Source: Mycoplasma mobile 163K (GTDB lineage: Bacteria; Bacillota_I; Bacilli_A; Mycoplasmatales; Metamycoplasmataceae). Taken from it: 32,000 nt of DNA. Position 1 is the first letter of the stretch. The number at the start of each line of letters is the position of its first letter. The stretch spans positions 510,001-542,000 of the forward strand of contig NC_006908.1 in NCBI RefSeq assembly GCF_000008365.1, in the 5' to 3' direction. The position numbers were made by a program, and so were the translations under genes. The notes under the pieces were generated by a model. It was not told the origin of the DNA and did no database searches. It saw only the letters and a list, made by a program, of their open reading frames with translations. Of this stretch, positions 10,420 to 19,153 are shown one piece after another.

Positions 10420-11769
10420 ATGAATAAAAAAATTATCAAACTTTTAGGAATTGGAACTTTAACTTTAGGTGCTGTAGGAACAATTGCAATTCCTGCAGGA
10501 ATTGTTTTAAATAGCAATTTGAACTCAAGAATAAGCATTGAACTAAATGAATTGAATTTGAACTTGGAAAATATTTTTTATAATGGAACAGACATTTTAA
10601 AAACAAATTCAATTTCTGATTATCTTTTAGAAACTAGCTATGAACTTAAAAAACCATTATTAACAAAAGACAATAAAAAAATTTCTTTGAGTGTTTCAAA
10701 AATTGAAACACCTGGAAATTTAGATAAAATAGAACTTACATATTTTTTAGAGATAAAAGATCAAAGTTTAAAAAGTGAAAACAAAAAATTATTAATAGAA
10801 AATTTTGCAGTTAAAGAAGCTTTCATAATTGATCCAAAATTGCAAATGGACAAAAGATCGAGAGTTTTAGAAATTGAAAATCTTTCGAGAACTCAAATTA
10901 CAAATCAAAATCAAAATTATTTATCTGAATACAAAACACCAATATTGACTGGAGGATATGGTGAAAATAGAAATATTTATGCTGGTTCAAAAATTAGAAC
11001 TCATCATCAATTTCATCTTGGCGAGGATGTTTTTTTAAATCAAGGTACTGAAGTTCTAGCTCCTTTTGATGGGGAAATTATTTCTTATTATTATTTACCA
11101 AATAATAGTATTGCAGAAGGTATAGGCACAAATCTTGTTATGAAAGTTTATAAAAAAGACTATACTTTAGGTGAAGAATCTTGGAATAATATTTTTGGAG
11201 AAAATAGTGAATTTTTTTACATTGCAATCATTCATTTAGATCATAGATTTATGAAAACTAAATTTGGAGAAAATAGAGTAAAAAGTATTTGAAACAGAAG
11301 TAGACATGTCATAGGAGTGCCGACTATTTCAGCAAAAACTCCACAAAAAGTTAAAAGAGGAGAAGTAATAGGTTTAGTTGGAAATATCGGAAACAATGGC
11401 GGATGAATACCACATTTACATGTAGAAATTCAAAAAAGTACAACACCAAATAATGGAATGCATAATGCAATTGATAGAAATGGTAATTTAATTAAAGATG
11501 CTGAAGGCATAATTAAAACTGAAAGGACTTCAGGCATTACTGATGCAAGAATTGAAAAATATATTCCAGAATTTATAAACGGTAAATGACAAGCAGATGT
11601 TTTTGATGCAAAAGCAACTGGTGTTCATATTGTCCCAATTAATCGAGATCCAAATAGAGATCCTATTTGAATTCTTTCTGAAAATAGATTTCAAGTTGTA
11701 GATCCAAGCAAAATTTTTAACTTTAGAAAATTTGCAAGCAAGAATATTCCTGTTAGAATTGGAGATTAA
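10420..11769 (+). CDS. membrane-anchored M23 (LytM/lysostaphin-type) metallopeptidase family protein
   Basis: The N-terminal helix is KLLGIGTLTLGAVGTIAIPAGIVL, with no lipobox Cys. The M23 motifs are HLGED (HxxxD) ..GTEVLAPFDGEII.. and GNNGGW(TGA)IPHLHVE (HxH). The frame continues across 4 TGA codons to TAA at 11767-11769 (449 aa). GAGG lies 5 nt upstream of the ATG at 10420. Confidence 0.8.
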
Positions 11770-11793
11770 AAGATTTAAAATTTGATTTTTAAA

Positions 11794-12531
11794 CTAAAGT
11801 TTTATTAGACTTAAATTTGGAAAATCAAATGGGGCTGTATAATCACTAACAACAAGAATAATTTTGTTTTTAGGAGTAAAATCATAAAAAGCTGAACTAT
11901 TAAATTTTTCTTTTTCAGCTAAAACAACAACTAAATCTGAATTATTTGCAATGTATTTTTTTACAACTCCTTCATTAATGTCATTTGCAGTTAAACTACC
12001 TTTTGAATCAATTCCATTAACACCTAAAAAAGCAATTTGGAATTTAAGATTATCAATCATTGTAATTTCTGACGAAACAGTCGAAAGAGATGCAGGTTTT
12101 AAATGACCACCAATAATATTTACATTCTTAAATCCTAAATCAATTGCATGAATTGCATTAAAAATACTATTTGTATAAAGATTAATATCTTTTTCTAAAA
12201 AATCAAGTACATAATAACAACTTGATCCACTACTAATGAAAACATTTTTGTAATCTTTTGCTAAAGAAGCAGCTTTTTTTGCCAGTTGTAATTTTACTGG
12301 TTTATTTTTTTCTACTTCTTGAGAAGCAATTCTATTTGAATCAATAAATCCTATATATTTAATTTGGCCAAAATTTCTTTCAATTTTTTTCTTTTCTTCA
12401 AGTTTTATTAAATATCTTCTTACAGTTGAACTCTTTAAACCAAAAACAGTTTCTAATGTTTTTGGTTTAACAATTTTATTTTCTTTTATGTATTCTAATA
12501 ACTTATTTTCTATTATTAACAAAATTTCCAC
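11794..12531 (-). CDS. DeoR-family transcriptional regulator
   Basis: The N-terminal HTH reads ..KPKTLETVFGLKSSTVRRYLIKLEEKKKIERNFGQI, and the C-terminal part is a DeoR-type sugar-phosphate sensor domain (..FLGVNGIDSKGSLTANDINEGVVKK..). The start is uncertain. The track uses GTG at 12531, but AAGGTGGA is better placed for the TTG at 12522. Confidence 0.8.
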   Translation of the reverse strand: MEILLIIENKLLEYIKENKIVKPKTLETVFGLKSSTVRRYLIKLEEKKKIERNFGQIKYIGFIDSNRIASQEVEKNKPVKLQLAKKAASLAKDYKNVFISSGSSCYYVLDFLEKDINLYTNSIFNAIHAIDLGFKNVNIIGGHLKPASLSTVSSEITMIDNLKFQIAFLGVNGIDSKGSLTANDINEGVVKKYIANNSDLVVVLAEKEKFNSSAFYDFTPKNKIILVVSDYTAPFDFPNLSLIKL

Positions 12532-12573
12532 CTTTTACATGATTATTATAGTATTTAATCATTTAAAATGAAC

Positions 12574-12600
12574 AAAAAAATGCAATATTTGCATTTTTTT
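12574..12600 (-). terminator. terminator downstream of tpiA
   Basis: AAAAAAATGCAA TAT TTGCATTTTTTT: a perfect inverted repeat flanked by A7 and T7. Confidence 0.55.
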
Positions 12601-12625
12601 GCATAAATTTTGAATTTTTGGATAT

Positions 12626-13354
12626 TTATTTAATTAAATCAATAAAATCTTTTACATTCAAAGAAGCTCCACCAACAAGAGCACCATCAATATCTTTTTG
12701 ACTTAACAATTCTTTAATATTATTTGGTTTTACACTTCCGCCATATTGAATAATTGTTTTTTCATTTGTTAAACTTCTAATGTACTTACACATTTCTTGG
12801 GCATATTCAACTGTAGCTGTTTTTCCTGTACCAATTGCCCAAATTGGTTCATAAGCAATAATAATCTTTGAAAAATCACTTAAATTTTTTAGTGATTTTT
12901 CAATTTGATTTTTTATAACTTCTTTAGATTTGTTCGAATTGTATTGTAGTTCTGTTTCTCCAACACAAACAATTGGGACTAAATTATTTTTAATTGCTTG
13001 ATGCATTTTCATGTTTACTATTTCATCAGTTTCATGAAAAAACTCTCTTCTTTCACTATGACCTAAAACAACCATTTTTACCCCTAGATCTAAAAGCATT
13101 TCTGCTGAAATTTCTCCTGTAAAGGCTCCACTATTATTTTGGTGAAAATTTTGTGCAGCAATAACTAAATTTGCAAAATTTCCTTCTTTTTTAATCCCTA
13201 ATGATGTGAATGGTAATGCTAAACCTGCAACTAAATTTTTGTCCAATTTCAAGTTTAACTCACTTGTAATTTTATTAAACTCTTTTACAAAATTTTCTGC
13301 TTCTGTTTTAGTTTTGTTCATTTTTCAATTACCAATAATAATTTTTTTTCTCAT
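12626..13354 (-). CDS. tpiA: triosephosphate isomerase
   Basis: The track ORF extends across one TGA to the ATG at 13354. This gives MRKKIIIGNW(TGA)KMNKT.., where the invariant GNWKMN Trp is encoded by TGA. Further motifs are ..VVLGHSERR..VCVGE..AYEPIWAIGTGKTA..YGGSV.. Length is 242 aa. Confidence 0.96.
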
Positions 13355-13401
13355 GAAAATTCTCCTTATTTGCTTTTATTATATTTTTAATTAATCTATG
13401 C

Positions 13402-13430
13402 TTAAGATTATATTATCTTTTTGCTATAAT
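13402..13430 (+). promoter_or_regulatory. candidate sigma-70-type promoter of the glf operon (-35 TTAAGA, 17-nt spacer, extended -10 TGCTATAAT)
   Basis: TTAAGA lies at 13402-13407 and TGCTATAAT at 13422-13430. The -10 box ends 9 nt before the ATG at 13440 and no SD intervenes. Confidence 0.5.
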
Positions 13431-13439
13431 TTAATAATT

Positions 13440-14609
13440 ATGGATATATTAATTGCAGGTGCAGGTTTAAGTGGAGCTGTTTTAGCTAATAAACTTGCAA
13501 AAGAAAACAAAAAAGTTTTAATTATTGAAAAAAGAAATCACATTGGGGGAAATGTTTTTGATTTAAAAACAAAAGGAGTGTTAGTTCATAAATATGGACC
13601 ACATATTTTTCATACATCTAATAAACAAGTGTATGATTACATGAATCAATTTTGAAAACTTAACAATTTTCAAAATATTGTTGCAGCTAAAATTAAAGAT
13701 GAAATTGTCCCTATTCCTTTCAACTATCGTGGTTTAGATGTATTTTTCCCTGAAAAAAGTGAAGAAATAAAAGAAAAATTAAACAAAAAATATGGATTTG
13801 ATAAGAGAATTAAAATTTTAGATTTAATTAAAGAAAATGATTTAGAACTTCAAAAAGTTGCAGACTTTATATATAAAAATGTTTTTGAAAATTACACTGT
13901 AAAAATGTGAGGTTTAAATCCAAAAGAAATTGATAAAAAAGTAACCGAAAGAGTTCCTATCATTAGTTCATATAATGATAAATATTTCAATGATTTGTTT
14001 GAAGGTTTACCTGAAGAAGGTTATACAAATTCAATAAAAAAAATGTTAGATCATCCTAATATTACTGTTGTCCTAGAAACCAACATTAAAGATTTAATTA
14101 AATTTAAAATTTCTAGTGAAGGAAAAAAAGCGATTTTTTTCAAAGAAAAAGAGTTGAAAGTTCCTTTTGTTTTTACAGGAGCAATAGATGAATTGTTTGA
14201 TAATGTTGACGGAATTTTAGATTATCGTTCTTTAGATATTAAATTTACAAATATTAATCAAACAAAATTTCAATCAAATGCTGTTATTAATTATCCAGCA
14301 CATTTTGATATCACGAGAATTACAGAATATAAACATATGACATTGCAAAATGATGTTACAAACACTATAATCTCAAGAGAATACCCAGGAAAATATGATC
14401 CAAATAGTGAAAGATTTAATGTGCCTTTTTATCCTTTGCAAACCGAAGAAGCAAATAAAAAATATTTAAAATATTTTGAAAGAACAAAAGCTTATTCTAA
14501 TTTATTTTTAGTGGGTAGACTAGCAAAATATAAATATATTAACATGGATCAAGCAATTGAAGAAGCACTGGAAATATTTCCACAAATTTTAAGTTATGAA
14601 TCAAAATAA
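13440..14609 (+). CDS. glf: UDP-galactopyranose mutase
   Basis: MDILIAGAGLSGAVLANKLAKENKKVLIIEKRNHIGGNVFD..VHKYGPHIFHTSN shows the FAD-binding GxGxxG and the Glf-typical GPHIFHT motif. Further motifs are ..YTVKMW(TGA)G.. and ..FLVGRLAKYKYINMDQAIEEAL. Track ORFs 13398-13655 and 13995-14609 are one frame joined by 2 TGA codons (389 aa). Confidence 0.9.
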
Positions 14610-15672
14610 TCACAAAATTTTGTTTACTTTTGTAATCCCTTCATATAATGCCGAAAAACATTTAGATATTAGCTTGCCTTCAATTTTAAACCAAACATTA
14701 TATGAAGCAAATGTTATGAATGATTATGAAATAATTGTTGTTAATGACGGGTCTAAAGATAAAACTTCTGAAGTTGCAAAACAATACATTAGAAAATGAA
14801 ATGCAAAAGTAAGACCAGATTTTGTTCTGTTAATTGAAAAAGAAAATGGTCAATATGGTTCTGTTATCAATCAAGCATTAGAAGTTGCAAACGGAATTTA
14901 TTTCAAGGTTTTAGATGCTGACGATAGTTTTGATACTAAAATTCTAATTGACATCATTAACATGATAAGAGGACAAAAAAAATTAATTGATGTTTTACTT
15001 GTTGATTATTCAATGGAAAAAGTTGCAAACAACAAAAAAATAATCATCTCTCACAAAAAAAACTTTCAACCTTATAAAATTTTAAGTTTAAGAAATTTAA
15101 AATTTCCTTACACAATAATTACAATGCATTCTATTTTTTACAGAACAAATTTTTTAAAAGATTTAAATTATAAGCAAATAGAAGGAATTTATTATAGTGA
15201 TTCTCAGTATTCGTTAATTCCTTTTTCTCAAGCAGAAACAATGTATTATATGAATGATGTTTTATATCGCTATTACATTGGTAGAAGCGAACAAAGTATT
15301 AATTTAAAAAATATGGTAAAAAATAGAAATCATCAATTTCAAGTTATTCATAAAATTTTAGAAACTATTAATATTGAAAAAATTAATTCTGATAGTTTTA
15401 AAAAATATACTTGAAATTTCATTAGACAAATGATTTTATGACAAATTATGTTAATTTCCTTTGATAGACAAATAAAAAATAAACGTGTGTACTTGTTAAA
15501 TTTCATCAAAGATATAAAAAGAAGATATCCTTTAATTAGCAAGCATATATTAAAAGGATTTTCGATAAAAACAATACTTTTTGTAAGAGGACATTTTATT
15601 TCTACTTTTGTAAAAATAGGTGTAAAAATATATTCAAAATTTGGTTTAAATATTTTAGCAGAATGGGAGTAA
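14596..15672 (+). CDS. family-2 glycosyltransferase, paralog of the gene at 1496-2413
   Basis: [60 protein letters not shown] (DxD). Track ORFs 14596-14799, 14962-15414 and 15448-15672 are one frame joined by TGA codons (358 aa). The start overlaps the glf 3' end by 14 nt. Confidence 0.85.
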
Positions 15673-15673
15673 T

Positions 15674-16942
15674 ATGAAATTTATAGATGAAGTCGAATTA
15701 GAACTAAGAGGTGGAAAAGGTGGCGATGGAGCCATTAGTTTTAGGCGTGAAGCTCATGTTGCAAATGGAGGACCAGATGGTGGAGATGGTGGAAAAGGTG
15801 GAGACATCTACTTTAGACCTAATTATGGAATTAACACTCTTTTAGATTTACAATTTAGAAAAATTATCCGAGCTGAAGATGGTGAAAATGGTAAAAGAAA
15901 AAATCAATATGGAAAAGGTGCTGAAGACACTATTATTGAAGTTCCTTTTGGAACACTTGTTTACGAAAATGATAAATTAATTGAAGATATTGTTGAAGAA
16001 AGGGATTATTTAATTGTCAAAGGTGGGCAAGGTGGAAGAGGAAATCTTAAATTTAAAACTCCAAGAAATGGTGCTCCTTTCATGAATGAAAATGGATCTT
16101 TTGGAGAGAAAAAAAGATTAAGATTGCAATTACAAATTTTAGCTGATATTGGTCTTGTAGGTCTTCCTTCAGCAGGTAAAAGTACTCTTCTTTCAGTTTT
16201 AAGTAATGCCAAACCAAAAATTGGAGATTATGATTTTACAACTTTAAGTCCACAACTTGGATTGGTTAAATCAAGTGATTCTTCTTACACAATTGCTGAT
16301 TTACCTGGGCTGATCAAAGGCGCAAGCGAAGGTAAAGGATTAGGCATCCAATTTTTAAAACATATTGAGCGTTGTCGTGTTATTGCTCATATTATTGATT
16401 TTGGATCAAAAGATAAAAATCCAATAAATGCTTATGAGCAAATTTTAGAAGAATTAAGGCTTTATGATGAGACTTTATTAGAAAGAACTCAATTAATTAT
16501 TGCCAATAAAGAAGATTTAGAAGATTTTGAAACAAATTTAAATCTTTTTAGAAAAAAATTTCCAAAACTAGAAATTTTTCAAATTTCAGCTCTTACTACT
16601 AAAAATGTAAATGGTTTGAAAAACAAATTAGGTGAAATTCTATCAAAAGCTAAGAGCTATAGAAAAAAAATTGAAAAAACTGAGACTACAATTGTTTTTG
16701 AAAAAGATTTTGAAGTTGTTAAGAAAAGTGAAAATTCTTTTGAAGTTGTTGGTAAAAAAATTACTGATTTAGTTCAAAGAATTCCTTTTAATACATATGA
16801 AAATTTGATGAGATTAAATAACAAATTGAAAAATTTAGGAGTTTGAGAAGAACTGATTAAATATAATGTCAAAAATGGAGATTATGTAAAAATTGGCGAA
16901 TTTGAATTAGAATGAAATAATGAAATTTCTACTTATAAATAA
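15674..16942 (+). CDS. obg: GTPase Obg/CgtA
   Basis: [47 protein letters not shown] is the Obg fold, followed by [14 protein letters not shown] (G1) and [12 protein letters not shown]. The frame continues across 2 TGA codons to TAA at 16940-16942 (422 aa). The ATG lies 1 nt after the GT2 stop, with a GGGAG SD inside the GT2 3' end. Confidence 0.95.
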
Positions 16943-16972
16943 AAAAATAATGTTCATATGAACATTATTTTT
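16943..16972. terminator. bidirectional rho-independent terminator (obg on +, small Cys-rich ORF on -)
   Basis: Perfect palindrome AAAAATAATGTTCAT / ATGAACATTATTTTT centred at 16957/16958, with an A-run upstream and a T-run downstream. Confidence 0.65.
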
Positions 16973-16984
16973 AACTATTAAAAG

Positions 16985-17110
16985 TTATTTTTTTGAACAA
17001 GAACGATTACTTTCTTTTGATTTACAAGAACTTGATTCTTTTGGTTTGCAAACACAAACTTTGCATGTGCAGCCTTCTTTTCCACATTGTTTTAGATCTT
17101 TTTGTTCCAT
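16985..17110 (-). CDS. small cysteine-rich protein, 41 aa (metallothionein-like composition; function unknown)
   Basis: ATG at 17110 is preceded by GGGAG (spacer TAAAT), and the stop is TAA at 16985-16987. Translation: MEQKDLKQCGKEGCTCKVCVCKPKESSSCKSKESNRSCSKK, with 7 Cys including CxC motifs. It is too short for the ORF track. An extended -10 lies upstream and a terminator downstream. Confidence 0.5.
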   Translation of the reverse strand: MEQKDLKQCGKEGCTCKVCVCKPKESSSCKSKESNRSCSKK

Positions 17111-17168
17111 ATTTACTCCCTGATTTTTAAGCATTAAATATATTTTGTTTATATAATGCTTTGATTAT

Positions 17169-17177
17169 ATTATAACA
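17169..17177 (-). promoter_or_regulatory. extended -10 box TGTTATAAT (minus strand) upstream of the 41-aa Cys-rich ORF
   Basis: The reverse complement of 17169-17177 is TGTTATAAT. It lies about 59 nt upstream of the ATG at 17110. An imperfect hairpin (GCATTA..TAATGC, 17131-17159) sits in the putative 5' UTR. Confidence 0.4.
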
Positions 17178-17223
17178 CAAAAACTCTTTTGAAAAATTGT
17201 AAAAAATAATACTTTAGTATTAT

Positions 17224-17286
17224 TTAAAGTTTAATTGCTTTTTTTGGTTTACAAACACAATTTTTTTCTTTGCAATCTTTTTCCAT
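17224..17286 (-). CDS. second, shorter Cys-rich micro-ORF, 20 aa (paralog or truncated copy of 16985-17110)
   Basis: ATG at 17286 is preceded by GGGAG (spacer TTTTT), and the stop is TAA at 17224-17226. Translation: MEKDCKEKNCVCKPKKAIKL. It shares the CVCKPK core and the DNA core TTTTGGTTT(G/A)CAAACACAA with the 41-aa ORF. A TTGTTA-17 nt-TATAAA promoter-like pair lies upstream on the minus strand. Confidence 0.3.
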   Translation of the reverse strand: MEKDCKEKNCVCKPKKAIKL

Positions 17287-17377
17287 AAAAACTCCCATAC
17301 GACACTAAAATTAATTTATAAGTATCTATTTATATTTTAACAATAATAATGAAATTTTTAAAAATTAAAAAAATAGC

Positions 17378-18142
17378 TTAGGGAATAATTACTTCAATTG
17401 GTTCTGTTGCAATTTTGCCTGAGATTGTAAATTCAACATTAACACTTATAGAATAATTTCCTGAAGTTATTTCTCCAGAGATTTTTTTAATGTAATAAAT
17501 ATTACTATTCAAATCTTTTTCAATAATAAAATCACTATTCATTAATAGGGCATTATTTAATTTAATTTCAACAAACGAAAAAGGATTTGATACATTTAAT
17601 AAATTTAAAGTATTCAACAATAAAGGAGCTTTAATTGCTGCTAAAATTTTTGGATCTGGATCTTTTTCAATACTAACTGGGAGTTTTGAAATATTAAAAT
17701 TTAAAGTTTGTGTTCCAATTAAATTAGTTCCTCTTTTGATTTCTACTTCAATGAAATAATTTCCAGGTTTTGCAATAAAGTTTTCTTTTAATTTTAAAAA
17801 AGACTTTGAAAGAGAATTAGCTGTCGAAATAGTTGAAGGTTCAAGCTTAAATTCATTTATTACATCTGATCCTTTTGTTGCACTTGCAATAGTTGTTGAA
17901 TCAAATTTTAAAGTTTTTAAAGCATAACTAATATCACTTGTTCCTGTATTTTGATTTATTTCAACAAAGTTTGTTTGAATACTTTGAATTGGTCCATATA
18001 GGTGAGCAAAGCTTTTAATGCTAAAAGTATTAGGAATGGAAGTTGTTGTTCCACAAGAAATTACAGCAAAAGAAATGGTTGATACTGATATTGAACCTAT
18101 TATTCCTATTAATCCATATTTAAGTTTTTTATTTATAATCAT
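17378..18142 (-). CDS. surface lipoprotein, function unknown
   Basis: The signal peptide carries a lipobox: MIINKKLKYGLIGIIGSISVSTISFAVIS-C-GTTT. AGGAGA SD and an extended -10 TGATATAAT lie upstream. The Ser/Thr/Asn-rich mature part has two segments ending in similar GNYFIEVEI / GNYSISVNV strands. Confidence 0.8.
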   Translation of the reverse strand: MIINKKLKYGLIGIIGSISVSTISFAVISCGTTTSIPNTFSIKSFAHLYGPIQSIQTNFVEINQNTGTSDISYALKTLKFDSTTIASATKGSDVINEFKLEPSTISTANSLSKSFLKLKENFIAKPGNYFIEVEIKRGTNLIGTQTLNFNISKLPVSIEKDPDPKILAAIKAPLLLNTLNLLNVSNPFSFVEIKLNNALLMNSDFIIEKDLNSNIYYIKKISGEITSGNYSISVNVEFTISGKIATEPIEVIIP

Positions 18143-18229
18143 ATTTCTCCTAATTTAATATCTATTATAAAAAATTATATCACATTCATTTTTTTATCTT
18201 TTTTTTGATTTTTTTTACATAATTAAAAC

Positions 18230-19153
18230 ATGCAAGAAAAAACTAGACTAGAAAAATATTTGGATAACAAATTAAAAAATGAAATTTGTTCAAGAGAAGA
18301 AGAAAGATTTTTAATAAAATTCAATGGCAAATTGCATTTTAAAACAATAATTAATTGAATTGCTCTTTCTTTTTGGATTATGAATCTATTAGTTTTTCTT
18401 TTTTTCAATTTTCAAAATAGAAATTTTTTGCAAAATTCAAATACTTTGATTAGTTTTATTAGTTTAATGTCTATTACCGGAATAACATTAGTTTTTAATT
18501 TATGATTTGCACTATTTTTTACAAATAAATTACTAAAAATTAAGTTAAAAATTCAAATGACTTTAGAAAAAGAGTTTAATTTAATAGAGTTTTTGAATTG
18601 GTATTTTGTTAACGATTTTTCTTTTGAAAATTACTCTTATACAAATGATAGAAATATTTCTAATTTAGTTAATAATGTTTATTTTTTAAATAAATTGATT
18701 AGAAATAGTTATGATATAAATTTAAAAATACAAGAAAAAGGCATAATTTTTTTAAATAACAATACAAATGTTAAAACAATTTTGAACTCTATTGAAGCAA
18801 ATAAATATTTGAAGGAAAATTTTTGAAAAAAAGCTTTGAAAAATATTTTTTATTTTTCTACTAAAAAGACAAATCTAAAATCATTAAAAGCAACTAATTT
18901 TGTTTTTACTTTTAAATCTCTTACTGAATTACAAAAAGAATCATTATTAAATAAAATAAAATTAATCAATACATCTAAAGAAGAAATTATTCACTTGGAA
19001 AATTTTGAAAATTTTACATATGTTGTTTTTGTAAATTTTTCTTATGATTTCAATAATTTTTCATATCAAAAATTAGATTTTACCAAAGGTGTTGAAAGTA
19101 CTTTAAAAAATGTTTTAAAAGAAATGATAAAAATTTTGAAAATTTTTAACTAA
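18230..19153 (+). CDS. hypothetical membrane protein (two N-terminal TM helices)
   Basis: ATG at 18230. The frame joins the unlisted 5' part with track ORFs 18557-18826 and 18836-19153 across 3 TGA codons (307 aa). The TM segments are WIALSFWIMNLLVFLFF and LISFISLMSITGITLVFNLWFALFF. The opposite-strand track ORF 18223-18408 is rejected as antisense noise. Confidence 0.65.

Noticed and set aside
14975-15062. A8 runs inside the glycosyltransferase genes (14975-14982, 15055-15062, and 1583-1590 in the paralog), considered as possible phase-variation switches for glycan synthesis
   Set aside because: They encode Lys-Lys in a genome where AAA is the default Lys codon, and A7-A8 runs are frequent throughout, including in smc. 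I see no evidence of length ambiguity here. They are only worth checking if the A9/T9 tracts prove variable.
18223-18408. 61-aa minus-strand track ORF
   Set aside because: The opposite strand carries a 307-aa code-4 ORF (18230-19153) with two clear TM helices that unites two other track ORFs. The minus-strand ORF is its antisense shadow.
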